Assembly: GCF_006345805.1 (NCBI RefSeq)
Contig: NC_043004.1
Coordinates: 54,188,001 to 54,252,000 of the forward strand
Origin: Octopus sinensis
Taxonomy: Eukaryota
Reading direction: 5' to 3'
Length of the DNA stretch: 64,000 nucleotides
The notes beneath the pieces were generated by a model. It worked only from the letters and a program-made list of their open reading frames with translations, made no database searches and was not told the origin of the DNA. Positions 1 through 12,571 of this stretch are shown in pieces; the first letter of the stretch is position 1, and each line of letters opens with the position of its first letter. The translations under genes and the position numbers were made by a program.

Positions 1-333
1 TTTTATTGTTGTTCTTGTTGTTGCTGTTTTTTTGTCAATAGTTTTCGTGCGAGTTTTATTTTTGTCATTTATGTTGGTCGTGGTAGTGGTGGTGGTGGTG
101 GTGGTGGAGGTGGTGGTGGTAGCAGTAGTAGACTCGTGGTTGCTGTTGTTAGTGGTGGTGGTGGCGGTGGTGACAGGGCTGTTACCGCACGTGGTTGCAG
201 CGTTCATTTCACCGATATTCATATTTGCATTTAGCGCGCGGACGTTCTTTTTTTCTCCTATTGTTTCCAAACTAGGAAAATGCTGGTCAATAAAAGAACG
301 CGACCAGCGTTCTACAATAAAATTTCTAGACAT
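1..333 (-). CDS. ORF1 N-terminus of Tx1-like LINE (partial, runs off window)
   Basis: Frame checked by hand, open from ATG at 333 to base 1: MSRNFIVERWSRSFIDQHFPSLETIGEKKNVRALNANMNIGEMNAATTCGNSPVTTATTT... Confidence 0.6.
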   Translation of the reverse strand, partial: MSRNFIVERWSRSFIDQHFPSLETIGEKKNVRALNANMNIGEMNAATTCGNSPVTTATTTTNNSNHESTTATTTTSTTTTTTTTTTNINDKNKTRTKTIDKKTATTRTTIK

Positions 334-529
334 TTTCTAATGGCTAGAAGAAAATTACAGAAATGAAATGGGGTTGAAACTGCCCCTAGGGGCGAATTCC
401 TCCCTTGGAAAAGCACTCAAACGAAAGTTGGGTGCCTTACACAACTTATTTACAAAAATGTTCACAAAAATTGCGCTATAAATAGTCAAAATAAATGATT
501 ACCTTCGGAGTCGAAGTGACAGCACGTCC
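1..529 (-). mobile_element. 5' end (5'UTR + ORF1 start) of a Tx1/L1-like LINE, family diverged from the adjacent copy; continues beyond window edge
   Basis: The 5' end begins GGACG directly after (TATC)n, as in the copy ending at 6725. Both 5'UTRs carry a GAATTC(C)GCCCCT motif. The ORF N-terminus shares FPSL and N..MNA.TT plus a poly-Thr/Asn tract with ORF1 of 710-6725. Confidence 0.7.
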
Positions 530-530
530 G

Positions 531-539
531 TAGACAGAG

Positions 540-614
<75 letters not shown>

Positions 615-709
615 CAGATAGATAGATAGATAGACAGATAGATAGATAGACAGATAGATAGATAGATAGACAGATAGATAGATAGACAGATAGATGATAG
701 ATAGATATG
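531..709. repeat. (GATA/GACA)n microsatellite between two LINEs
   Basis: Direct reading. Confidence 0.97.
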
Positions 710-775
710 TTTCTTTATTAGCCACACAGGGCTGCACACAGATAAAACAAATTACAAGGTAGAGCTTCTTTGAAG

Positions 776-810
<35 letters not shown>

Positions 811-1085
811 AAGGGGGAGTTTCGATCAAAAGGGATCGTAAAAGGAGAGTAAGAGGACAAAAAAAAGGGGGGTTAAAAAAAAAGGGGGAGAGGAAAAAAA
901 ATTGATCAATAGGGATCGTTATCACAGAAATGTCAATATGAAGTGTAAAGGGGAGGACAGGTGAGGTTTACCCGTGGAAAGAAAAGCCTACGGAAAAGAC
1001 CACGGTAACCTCGGTCAATGAAGTCACATTTTATATTTCTTTTTTTTTTTGCAAATAAGCAACTCTCTGTTTTCGATTTCTGGGT

Positions 1086-4000
1086 TCATAGGACTATGCT
1101 CAAGGTGGCTTCGTCATTCATACGTGCCATTCTTGCTACATTCACCCATCTTTTTTTAAAACATTCGCTAGACAAAACTTGCCTCTCTACTTTCACTTTC
1201 CTTTTCAAGTGGTACTTGAAGAAGTTGATGAGAGATTGACCAGAGAGGAAAGTGTTTGTCTCCAATCCTTTCAGACGCGTCCACCAGATACATTCTTTCG
1301 CCATAGCCACAAGGATGATGAAAATAGCTCTTCCTTCCCGTTTGAAGGAAGGAGGCGTGACAATATTGACGATAGACTCAGCTGATAAACCGACTCGTCC
1401 CACACGTGACAGCAGTTGTTCGACATAAGCCCACAGGTCGGAAATTGTTGGACACTGAACGAGTGCGTGCAGAACGGTTTCGTCGCTCTGACCGCATCTC
1501 GGGCAGGTCGGCCCCCGTGTTTCTCGAGCCGTGTCTGTAGAGCTTATCCCGAACGGGTAGCGCTTCTCGGTAGCACTGCCAGGCCAGGGATCTCTGGAAG
1601 TTGTCCATGGGCCCTGGCCCGAAAGTCGTCCCGAACAGGCGGGTCAGGTACTCCTCGTCGACGTCCAGGTTCGCCCCGAGCTCGTCGTCGTACCTCCCCT
1701 CCACTAAACCCCTATAGAATGCTTTGGTTGTGTTGAAGTCACTTAAGGTCGACCCAGGACGGCAGAGTTGCTTGAGAGCAACGCGACACTCGCGGTGCCA
1801 TTCGCCCTTCCTCGGCCTCTTTTTGATCCACGACTGCAGTTCGGTCATGGAGACGAGCTGCGGGAAAGCGTGCCTCACAAACGGCGACCACACCTGTTCA
1901 CCGTCGTCTACATAGAGCCAGAGATGTCGCAGTCTCAGCGCGTGTCTGCGCATCATCAACCACGGCATGCCCAGCCCTCCTTTTAACGGGTGTTGACAGC
2001 AAATGGATCGCCTGACCATCGGGACGCATCCTTTCCACAAGAAGCGAAAGAGGATGCGTTGTAGTTTGGTGATGGTAGGGTCGGGACAAGGTACGACGGT
2101 CAGGCGGTGGTAGTAGTAGATGACGGACGCGATGTACGTGTTCGCCACCTCCGCTCGACCTTTTAGGGACAGTTTCCTCTCGGCCCATTGCCGGGCGAGA
2201 GTGACCACCCTACTCGTTATCTCGTTCCAGTTCTTCTCCACTTGGAGGTCCGGACCGAACCAGACCCCGAGCAACTCAACCGGGCCGTCGGTCCAGCGTC
2301 CCACGACGGAGGCGCTGGTGGACGGCATGGGCTTGCTTCTCCAGGTGCCTAGTCGCAAGCCCACTGACTTTTCCCGGTTGATTTTCGCTCCTGTCACCGC
2401 TTCGTAGTTTTTCAGTGTCTCGCCGACCAGCTCGATGTGCTCGTGGCTAGACACTATGACGGTGACGTCGTCCGCGTATGCAGACACGCTCGTCCCGCAT
2501 CCCAATTCTCGCGGGATGCCCCTTAGAGTCGCCAGCTTCCGCAGTAGTGGCTCAAGAGTCAATACGTATAGAAGCGCCGAGAGGGGGCATCCCTGACGGA
2601 CCGAACGTGCAATGTCGAAAGGTCTCGATAGATGTCCATTTACGCGAATTACCGAACGGATGCCTCTGTACAAGGCAGCTATCCAGCCGCGGAAGACGGG
2701 ACCGAAACCAGCCGCTCTCAGGACTGCCTCCAAGTATCGATGGTCTACCCTATCAAAGGCTTTCGATTGATCCAAGTTGATCAGGGCCACCCATGCCAGG
2801 TTCGTTAACTACCCTGTCTATGATGTAGCGCATCAGATGGAGGTTGTCATGGATGGTCCGGCCTGGCACGGCGCATGTTTGCGCCTTGTCGACCAGTTTC
2901 TCGATGACAAGCGCCAACCTCTTGGCTAACACCTTGGCCAAAATTTTCAAGTCTGCATTAAGCAGAGTGATGGGCCTAAAGTTATCTATTACATTTCCCT
3001 TGTTTAGATCTTTCTTCAGCTCCTCGGCTTTGCTTGCCAGTTGCTGTACACCGCCGCCAAGAGATCTCCAAACAAGTCTGGCATACAATTGTAAAGCTCG
3101 TAGGGTAGACCATCCAAACCCGGTGATTTGTCCCTCGAGCATTCTGCCATCGCTTCCCGCACTTCCGCCGCCGTGATGGCACCTTCGCAGCACCCTGCCT
3201 TTCTTGTCGAGAGTCGTGGTAGGCTATGTAGGTAGGCACTGAAGTCCACCCTACGTTCTTGCCCTCCACTCGTTCCGAACAGTCGGGCAAAATGCTGCTG
3301 AAAGGCCTCACACATTTTACTTGGCTCGAGCAATTCGCGCCCCTGTTCATCTACCAGTGACCGAATGGTGGCTTTGTTGCCCTGTTGCGCCTCTGCCACC
3401 CGGGCCTCTCTCGCGGCTCCAACACCTTCGTTCCTTAGAGCACGCATCCTAGCTCTGACAGCACATCCTTCGTGTTTGGCGTTGAAGTGTTGGTCGAGGG
3501 CCAACCTCGCCGCTTCTAATTGCCTCTTCTAGCTTCTTAACTAGCTCACCCTCTACTCTATTTCTATCTATGGCTAGTGCTTTGCTGTACCTAATCGCTT
3601 CTGCTTTTACTGCTCTCTTGAGGGCAAACCACCATTTGTTGTTGATGATGGCTCCCGTCAAAGCCCTCTTTACTAGTGTGCTAATCCGGTCTCTGAAAAC
3701 TTGTCTCGATGGGAAAGACGCGTTTAGTTTCCAGTATCCGGGACCCTGCCTAAGTGTCTTACCTAAGTCTAGCGTACATGTCACAAGTTTGTGATCCGTG
3801 TAGCTGACTATGTGGAATTGTGGACATCCTATGCTATCTCTATCTACTGTCCTACACAGTATCCTATCTAGATACGATCTCGACGACCCGATGCGGTTGC
3901 TCCATGTCCACGTTGGCGCATTCGGGTGGTCTAGTCGGAACCTGTCAGACAGTTGAAAGCGTCTGAGCAGGTCTCTGAGGCATTTGCATCCCCGTCTATT

Positions 4001-4470
4001 CCTATCTCTACCACGTAGTCTACATGCGTGTCCAAGGTAGCATTCCAATCCCCCACTAAGAGTAAAGGACGAGACGTTCCCAAGAAAACTTCTAGACGTT
4101 GAAAGAAATCCGCCCGACCTGTTAAGGGCGGTGCGTAAACTGATACGAGTCGAAAAGCGCACCCATTGCTGCCGTCGACATCCAGGACGACCAGTCTACC
4201 CTCCGGGTCTACGAATATTGTCCTTACATTGAGATCCAGACTCTTGTGAAAAAGTACCGCGGTGCCACTACCGCCCATTCTCGGCAGACAGGGGGAAAAA
4301 TAAATGTTGAACTGTCCGCCAAACATGGTCTTTAGGGCCCGCGGATTGTGGAGTCTGGTCTCGCTTATGGCTATGATTTCTAACTTATGTGACTTTATGT
4401 CATTTAAGAGGTACCCTTGTTTCCAAGGGGACCCCAAGCCACGCGCATTTACACAACCAATCTTGATCAT
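1086..4470 (-). pseudogene. ORF2 (AP endonuclease + reverse transcriptase), frameshifted
   Basis: APE motifs IGCVNARGL, ISETR, VYAP, VGDWN, YTDH. GPGYWKLNAS and KSPGLDGLPYELY follow. RT motifs NFRPITLLNADLKILAK, LDQSKAFDRV, QGCPLSALLY, AYADDVT. The pieces lie in different frames. Confidence 0.92.
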
Positions 4471-4501
4471 AGTTCTAATGAATTAGAATACAGAGGGTTA
4501 C

Positions 4502-6512
4502 TTACTGCTCGAAAGTTTTTGCTTTCTCCTCCGTTGGTTTGTCCTCGAGAAGATCCCAGTACAGTTTCTTTGTGAGATATTTTTGGCATTTACCAACCGC
4601 ACTGGGGAAAATGCCTTTGAGTGTGTGGTGCAGACTTTTGGAGATGTGTAATATTTTGATGTGGTCTGGTGGTGTTGTGTATGGGTGATTGTTTGTTTTT
4701 ATGTCATCTTCTGTTATGTTTGTTTTTGATTGGATGTATTCCATCAAATTTGTGTTTTTGGTGTCTATGGCTGTGAGCATGTTTGCTGTATATGTTTTTG
4801 TGGTGTTGGTGTGGCTGTTGTTTGCGTTGGGTTTTGAAATGTCTTCGGGAGATGTATTTCCCCCTGCTTTGTTCGTGTTTGCATTTGGTTTGGTTGTGTT
4901 TCTGCTCTTTATTTTCCTTCTTTTTGTAGCTATTTGCCATTCCTCACTGGTTTCGTCTTCCGACGAATTTCTGAGGAATCAGAAGGGGGTAGGGGTATGT
5001 TGTGGGCTTCTATGTATGTCTGTGTAAGTGGTTGTGTTGTTGTTTTCGTTGTTGTTGGTTGTTGAGTGTTTGTGTGTGTTGAGTGCGGTATAAGGGATGG
5101 GGGATCAGTTGTGTGTGTTTTCTTTGTTTTTCTGTTCCTTTGGGTTTTGCTGTTGATGGTGGTGTTGGTATTTTTTCAGGTGTGTCGAGTGGTTTTGGTT
5201 GATGACGGATTAGCTTGGTGTGCTTCTCTTGTCGTCTTCTGTGTGATGGTGTGTGGGTGGGTAGTAGAGCTTTTTTTCCGGAGTGCTTTGGTTGTGGTAG
5301 TAGGTTGTTGTTGTTGCTCTTGGTGTGCAGTGGTTGGGCACGTCTTTTTCAAGTGTGTTTCGCTTCCACACAAATAGCAGCGTGGTCGCCTGCCCCCTCT
5401 ACCACTATATAGAGTTTGTAGCCTCCTGGCAGTTCTATAGCGGTGGGTATCTTCTCTCTTGCTGCTTCATCCAATTGAAGCAGGAATTCGATTGATTTGC
5501 CCACATAGTCTTTCTCTCCTAGAACCGCGATTTCCAGGATGTTTGTCTCTGACATTGTCTCTGACATTTCAAAGCAGATGGCAGAGACCAACCATTGTGT
5601 TTCGACATCAAATGGTATGTTTTTTATTTGGACTTTCGTGACCCTTTTGTTTAAATAGACTGGTATCATTACCAAGTCGTCCGAATGCAGCTCCAATGTG
5701 GAAAAACGTTTTGCTAAACTTTCGTTGAGGAAACGTACTTGGACTGTACCAAATTTGTTTCCCCAACTGATATATTCCTTGGAGTCCCATACAGGACGAA
5801 GGCATTTATCGATTTTTCCTGCGGTGCATTTTCTGTTCTTCTTGTTTTTTTGTTTATTACTTTATAAATTATTGTTTTTTTGTGTGTTTTCCACGATGTG
5901 TTGTGGAATATGAAGGTGCAATTTGTCTCCTTCTTTGGAGAAGAGTGCCTTTGTGCGGTTTATCTCTTGTGTGGTGAATGTTACAATTGTTCTTTTTTGT
6001 TTTGTTACGTCCGCAAAATTCGTTTTGAATTGGCAGTAGAAGTGTAATTGTGGCAGTGTTAATTAATCATGGTAGGTGTGGTGTGGTGGTGTGGTGTTGG
6101 CGGTATTAGCAGCAGAAGGCTTGGATGTAGCATTTGACGTCGTAGTAGTGGTGTTGGTGTTGGCGGTGTTGTCTTTGGTAGGCGGCTTTGTGCCAATTTC
6201 GTTGTTGTTGTTGTTGGTGGTGATGGTGGTGGTGCTGGCATTCATGTTTTCGTTTGTATTCATTTTTGAAATCCCTTTCTCTGTCCCTATCATCAACAAG
6301 TGGTGTGGGGAGTGAGGGGAAATCTAAGTTAATGTCTTTGGTCGCGGCGATGGTGAATGCGACGTTAGATTTGTTTGTTGTTGTTGGTGGTGGTGGGGTG
6401 ATGGTGGTGACAGCGGTGTCCACGCTGCGATGTTTAGCAGCTAGTGGTAGCAATAGTGTTTGCTACCGTTCTGCATGACTGGCGGGCTAGCCACGTGGTT
6501 TCTAGTTGCCAT
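4502..6512 (-). pseudogene. ORF1 (gag-like, zinc knuckle), frameshifted
   Basis: Putative ATG at 6512 (MATRNHVASPP). KVQIKNIP segment, then CYLCGSETHLKKTC (CX2CX4HX4C) at ~5340-5380 after a 1-nt shift. Thr/Asn/Gln low-complexity tracts; stop at 4502, 31 bp before ORF2. Confidence 0.8.
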
Positions 6513-6725
6513 TTTCAAAATGAAAAATGGCTAAAAAAACCCACGAAAGTTTTGAAAGTTTTTTTTGTAATTTCGCCCATACAGGGGCGGAATTCTACGT
6601 GAATAATTCTCAGGTTTTTAGTGAATGAACTGCACAACGATTAAAACAAAATATTTGACAACAAGGAGTTTTAAACATGTAAAAGTGGCCAACTTACGTG
6701 GAGCCGATATGACTAGCGTCCGTCC

Positions 6726-6756
6726 ATAGATAGATAGATAGATAGATAGATAGATT

Positions 6757-6801
<45 letters not shown>
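6726..6801. repeat. (GATA)n microsatellite between LINE copies
   Basis: Direct reading. Confidence 0.97.
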
Positions 6802-8162
6802 TTTCTTTATTAGCCACACAGGGCTGCACACAGATTAGAACAAATTACAAGGTAGAGCTTTTCTTTTGAAGGTTAAAAAAAAAAAAAAGGAGGGGGAGTT
6901 TCGATCAAAAGGGATCGTAAAAAGAGAGAGGAGAGAAAGAGGACAAAAAAAAGGGGGGTAAAAAAAGGGGGAGAGGAAAAAAAATGATCAATAGGGATCG
7001 TTATCACAGAAAGTCAATATGAAGTGTAAAGGGGAGGACAGGTGAGGTTACCGTGGAAAGAAAGAAAAGCCTACGGAAAAGACCACGGAACCTCGTGAAG
7101 CCACATGTTATATTTCTTTTTTTTTTTTTTTTTGCAAATAAGCAACTCTCTGTATTAATTTTTATGGTTCATAGAATCATAGTGAAGGTGGCTTCGTCAT
7201 TCATACGTGCCATCCTTGCTACATTCACCCATCTTTTTTTAAAACATTCACTAGAAAAACTTGCCTCTCTACTCTCACTTTCCTCTTCAAGTGATACTTG
7301 AAGAAGTTGATGAGAGATTGACCAGAGAGGAAAGTGTTTGTCTCTAATCCTTTCAGGCGCGTCCACCAGATACATTCTTTCGCCATAGCCACAAGTATGA
7401 TAAAAATAGCTCTTCCTTCCCGTTTGAAGGAAGGAGGCGTGACGATATTAACGATAGACTCGGCTGATAAACCGACACGTCCCATACGTGACAGCAGTCG
7501 TTCGACATATGTCCACAAGTCGGAAATTGCTGGACACTGCACGATTGCGTGCAGAGCGGTTTCGTCGCTCTGCCCGCATCTCGGGCAGGTCGGCCCCGTG
7601 TTTCTCGAGCCATGCCTATAGATCTTATCCCGAACGGGTAGCGCCTCTCGGTAGCACCGCCAGGCCAGGGGTCTCTGGAAGTTATCCATAGGTCCCGGGC
7701 CGAAAGTCGTTTGAAACAGGCGGGTCAGGTATTCCTCGTCGACGCCCAGGTTTGCCCCGAGATCGTCGTCGTACCTCCCCCTCTATCTCTCCTATAATGA
7801 ATCTTTGGTTGTGTTGAAGTCACTCAAGGTCGACCCGGACGGCAGAGTTGCTTGAGAGCAACGCGACACTCGCGGTGCCATTCGCCCTTCCTCGGCCTCT
7901 TTTTGATCCACGACTGCAGTTCGGTCATGAGACGAGTTGCGGGAAAGCGTGCCTCACAAACGGCGACCACACCTGTTCAACGTCGTCTACATAGAGCCAG
8001 AGATGTCGCAGTCTCAGCGCGTGTCTGCGCATCATCAACCACGGCATGCCCAGCCCTCCTTTTAACGGGTGTTGACAGCAAATGGATCGCCTGACCATCG
8101 GGACGCATCCTTTCCACAAGAAGCGGAAGAAAATGCGTTCTAGTTTGGTTATGGTAGGGTCG
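6802..8162 (-). mobile_element. Second, 5'-truncated copy of the same Tx1-like LINE (3' ~1.36 kb)
   Basis: Colinear with 710-~2085. Encodes CPRCGQSDETALHAIVQC zinc-finger region and the same 3'UTR. Confidence 0.93.
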
Positions 8163-8488
8163 TAGGATCGCGGTTTCGAATCCCAGACCGGGCGTTGTGA
8201 GTCTTTATAGAGCGAAAACACCTAAAAAGCTCCACGAGACTCCGGCAGGGATGGTGGTGATCCCTGCTGTACTCTTTCACACAACTTTCTCTCACTCTTA
8301 CTTCCTGTTTCTGTTGTACCTGTATTTCAAAGGGCCGGCCTTGTCACTCTCTGTGTCACGCTGAATATCCCCGAGAACTACGTTAAGGGTACACGCGTCT
8401 GTGGAGTGCTCAGCCACTTACACGTTAATTTCACGAGCGGGCTGTTCCGTTGATCGGATCAACCGGACCCTCGTCGGAGTGCTTCCAA
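8158..8488 (+). mobile_element. tRNA-derived SINE (family C, tail type 2), 5'-truncated
   Basis: B-box-like GTTTCGAATCCC; body matches 62649-62990 and head matches 61607-61730. Confidence 0.85.
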
Positions 8489-8640
8489 TATATATATATA
8501 TATATATAATATATAATATATATATATTATATATATATAATAATATTATATATATATATATATCTATATGTACATATATATTGGAAGCACTCCGTCGGTT
8601 ACGACGACCAAGGTTATATATATATATATATATATATGTT

Positions 8641-8798
8641 TGGCTGTGTGGTAAGAACCTTCCATTCCAACCACATGTGTCCGGGTTCGAGTCCCACTGC
8701 GAGGTACCTTTGACATCTATCTTCTACTATAACGTAGGACCGATCAAAGCCCTATGAGTGGATATGGTAAACGGAAACTGAAGGGAAGCCCCCCGTCG

Positions 8799-8862
<64 letters not shown>

Positions 8863-8877
8863 TATACATCATATACT

Positions 8878-8915
<38 letters not shown>

Positions 8916-9060
8916 CACGTATATGTATGCATATGTATATATTAGTTTTCTGTCTTTGTACCCCCACCATCGCTTGACAATCGATGTTGGTGTGTTTACG
9001 TCCCAGTAACTTGGGCTTACAAAGAGTAAGTCCTGGGTCGATTTGATTGAAGCAATTAAA
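8641..9060 (+). mobile_element. tRNA-derived SINE (family AB: tRNA head, internal TA/TG microsatellite, conserved tail)
   Basis: GGTTCGAGTCCC B box; similar to 9983-10372, 41272-41716, 43115-43520. Confidence 0.75.
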
Positions 9061-9192
9061 AAAAGAAAAGAAGATATATATATACACACACAGGCATATA
9101 TAATATATATAATATATATATATATATATATACATATTGGTATGTTTGTGTGTGTGTATGTATGGATATGTGTGTGTGCCATTGAGTACGTT

Positions 9193-9225
<33 letters not shown>

Positions 9226-9239
9226 CATATATATATAAT

Positions 9240-9275
<36 letters not shown>

Positions 9276-9290
9276 CATATATATATAATT

Positions 9291-9349
<59 letters not shown>

Positions 9350-9634
9350 CTTGTATGTGTGTGTGTGAATGTGTGCGTGAATTTCTGTGTGCATCTGTGA
9401 GCGGTATGTGAGTGTCTGTGTGTGTATTTGTGTGTGTATATATTTAGGGACGGTTTTATGAATGTACCGGTTTATAAAATAATTATTTGTGTCGATGCAA
9501 TCTACAAAAGTAACCTTCAAGCACGTGCCTCGGCATGGCTTCAGTCGAATGACTGAAACAGGTAAAAGATAAAAGATACTTTTGGGAGAAAATGTGTCTG
9601 CGCGCGCGTTACGAGTTTGTATATCTGTGCGTGT

Positions 9635-9890
9635 GTGGAGGAGCCTGGCTTGGTTGTTAGGGTGGCAGCATCATGATCGTAAGATTGTGGTTTCGATTCC
9701 TGGAGCGGGCGACGCGTTGTGTTCTTGAGCAAAACACTTCATTTCCCGTTGCTCCAATCCACTCAGCTTGGAAAAAATGAGTAACGCTGCGATGGACTGG
9801 CGTCCCGTCCAGCTGGGGAAAACATATGCCATTGAAACCGGGAAACCGGACCCATGGGCCTGGCTAGGTTTTAAAAGGGCACATTTATTA
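9635..9890 (+). mobile_element. tRNA-derived SINE with Meta-domain-like core (family D)
   Basis: A/B-box-like head. CTGCGATGGACTGGCGTCCCGTCCAG...GAAACCGGGAAACCGG resembles the MetaSINE central domain as recalled (not searched). Confidence 0.65.
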
Positions 9891-9982
9891 TTTTTATCAT
9901 TATTATATCAGTGCGTGTATGTATGTGCGCACCGCTTTTGTCTTATGCTACATTTTTTAGATTATCACAGTCCAAATGCCAG

Positions 9983-10170
9983 TTTTACTTGTTTCAGTCA
10001 TTTGACTGCGGCCATGCTGGAGCACCGCCTTTAGTCGAGCAAATCGACCCCGGGTCTTATTCTTTGTAAGCCCAGTACTTATTCTTTTGCCGAACCGCTA
10101 AGTGACGGGGACGTAAACACACCAGCATCGCTTGTCAAGCAATACTAGGGGGACAAACACAGACACACAA

Positions 10171-10201
<31 letters not shown>

Positions 10202-10372
10202 CATATATACGACAGGCTTCTTTCAGTTTCCGTCTACCAAATCCACTCACAAGGCATTGGTCGGCCCGGGGCTATAGCAGAAGACACTTGCCCAAGATGC
10301 CACGCAGTGGGACTGAACCCGGAACCATGTGGTTGGTTAGCAAGCTACTTACCTCACAGCCAATCCTGCGCC
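9983..10372 (-). mobile_element. SINE family AB
   Basis: Near-identical to 43115-43520. Confidence 0.9.
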
Positions 10373-10836
10373 TATGTGAGAAATTAACCATAAATTCACA
10401 AGTTCCGGAAACCAAATTAAATCTTACATTGAAAAATCAGCAGCGCTTCGAAGTTTTCTTCAACCAGCCATGTTGCCGTTTTCATTGGTTTAAAAAAAAG
10501 AACAGCCCCTTAGCTTTAGTTCGATATTTTCTTTTCCTCAGTTTTAAAATCTTTTCTGCCGGTACCATTTTTTCTCTTCCTTTCCATTCAGACATGGTAA
10601 ACCAGCAGGTAACTGTAATTATTATTATTATTATTATTATCATTATTATTATTAGTATTATTATTATTGTTGTTGTTGTTGTTGTTGTTATTATTATTAT
10701 TTCGCTAACGTAGAAAATGAGTTTATTAGAATCATTGTTTCATTGACATTTTAACAGATTAAACAATGGCGTCTAATAAAACATATAGACGTTCTTTAAC
10801 TCTTTCACTCTCTCCAATTCTGTCTCACTCACTACT

Positions 10837-10867
<31 letters not shown>

Positions 10868-11626
10868 TCTCTCTCTCACTCTCTCTTAATCTTTTCTCTC
10901 TTTTCCCTCTTTTTCTCCCAATCTTCCTTGTTCTCTCTTCTTCACTCACTTTTTTAGCTCTCTACTTTTCTCTCTCTCTCTTTCTCTCACCCCTTTTATC
11001 TTTCTATTAAACCTTTTTCTTCTCCAATTCTCCCCCCATGCTCCCTCTTCTTTTCTTCACTTTCTCTCTCTCCCGCTCTCTCTCTCTCTTCTAACTCGCT
11101 CCTTTTCATCTCTCTTATCTCACCCTCCTTTATCTCTTTCTCTCCCTTTTCTTTCCCCCTCCTATTTCTTTTTGTTTCCTTTTTTTTTCTCTTTTTTCTA
11201 TTCTTTTCTGCTAGTCTCGCCATCGCTTAGTCTGGCTTCTTCCAAAATGTCGACGGAAAAATGCTTTCTTTAAATAAAAAAAAAAAAAACTATTGTCGGA
11301 AAGTTTAACTTGCTGTTGACATTAGTACTGAATATTTTAGGTCATCTTCAGGCTTCGACAAAGACAGTCGAATATCTGTAAATCATTCAATTTCGAGACG
11401 AAACTTTTTTCCTTTCCGAATAGAAATTTTAAACGAAGAAAAAGTATATAGGATTCTTTGCTTTGTTTCTTTCCATTTTACTTCCCTTTTTTTTTCTTTT
11501 ACAAAACAGTATTGCGTTAGCATTCTAAAGTGTTCAACTTCTAAAATTCCGATTATGTAATACTTAAAAAAAAAAAACCTTCGTACTTGATGTTTGCACA
11601 CAGACCTACATGCATGCGAGCATAAT

Positions 11627-11665
<39 letters not shown>

Positions 11666-11758
11666 TTATATATATAGAGAGGGAGAGGCGGATAGATAAA
11701 TAGATAGATACAAAGAAAGATAGACAGACAGATAGACAGATGGATAAATAGATAGATG

Positions 11759-11813
<55 letters not shown>

Positions 11814-12102
11814 TATCTACTACCATTTACTTCTTTGAGACATAGGGTTCTGGCCATGCTGTGGCATGATGTTGCCATGCTCTGGCCATGCTCTTGCTAT
11901 CATTTGGAACCGTCTTCAAGTGCTACACTGGAACAATGTTACTGCTTATTTTCAATAGATCAATCTTATTACTTATTTTTTAAAAAGTCTGATACAATAA
12001 CAAATCGACCCACTTTTGCTGAACCACTACCTTAAGAGTATGTAAAAAAAGCCAGCACCGCTTGTCAAACTGTAAGGGAGAGACACAAACACAAAGATGC
12101 AT

Positions 12103-12146
<44 letters not shown>

Positions 12147-12420
12147 TAGAGAGAGAGAGAGAGAGAGAGAGAGACATCCACAGGCGAACGTCAAATACAC
12201 ATTCACCCTCATATTGTTAAAGTATAATTAATTCGTATTTGTTTTTGTAAGCAAACCTTCATGTACTTTTACTACGATGGTTTTGTTAAGCAGTGTCGAT
12301 TTTTACAACTCTCTAAATACAAATAGTACCATTTTATAAGTTTAATGCTTATAGCGATCACCGCTAAAACAGTCAAATAAAGGGACATGTAAGCCCTCGA
12401 CAGAAGAAAATAGGTTTTCC

Positions 12421-12493
12421 ACTTACGCGTGGGATTCGAACACATATCTGTTTGTTTACGCAACCAATTATGCTACCGATTACACCAGCGAAC
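12421..12493 (-). mobile_element. tRNA-like Pol III head (SINE-type)
   Basis: Minus strand TGGTGTAATCGGTAGC (A box) and GTTCGAATCCC (B box); no convincing full cloverleaf. Confidence 0.6.
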
Positions 12494-12571
12494 AAATCTG
12501 CTTTATTATTGTCAGATATTAGAACTATAATTTATCTGTAAATTAATATGTGACAATTATTCAATAGCCAA

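Larger units (their letters stand above)
710..6725 (-). mobile_element. Full-length (~6.0 kb) Tx1/L1-clade non-LTR retrotransposon flanked by (GATA)n on both sides
   Basis: 5'UTR, ORF1 with CCHC knuckle, ORF2 with APE + RT + C-terminal Cys-rich region, 3'UTR ending AATAAAGAAA then (TATC)n. Confidence 0.93.

Noticed and set aside
1416-3350. Plus-strand ORFs overlapping the Tx1 ORF2
   Set aside because: Antisense shadows of a GC-richer coding region; no motifs.
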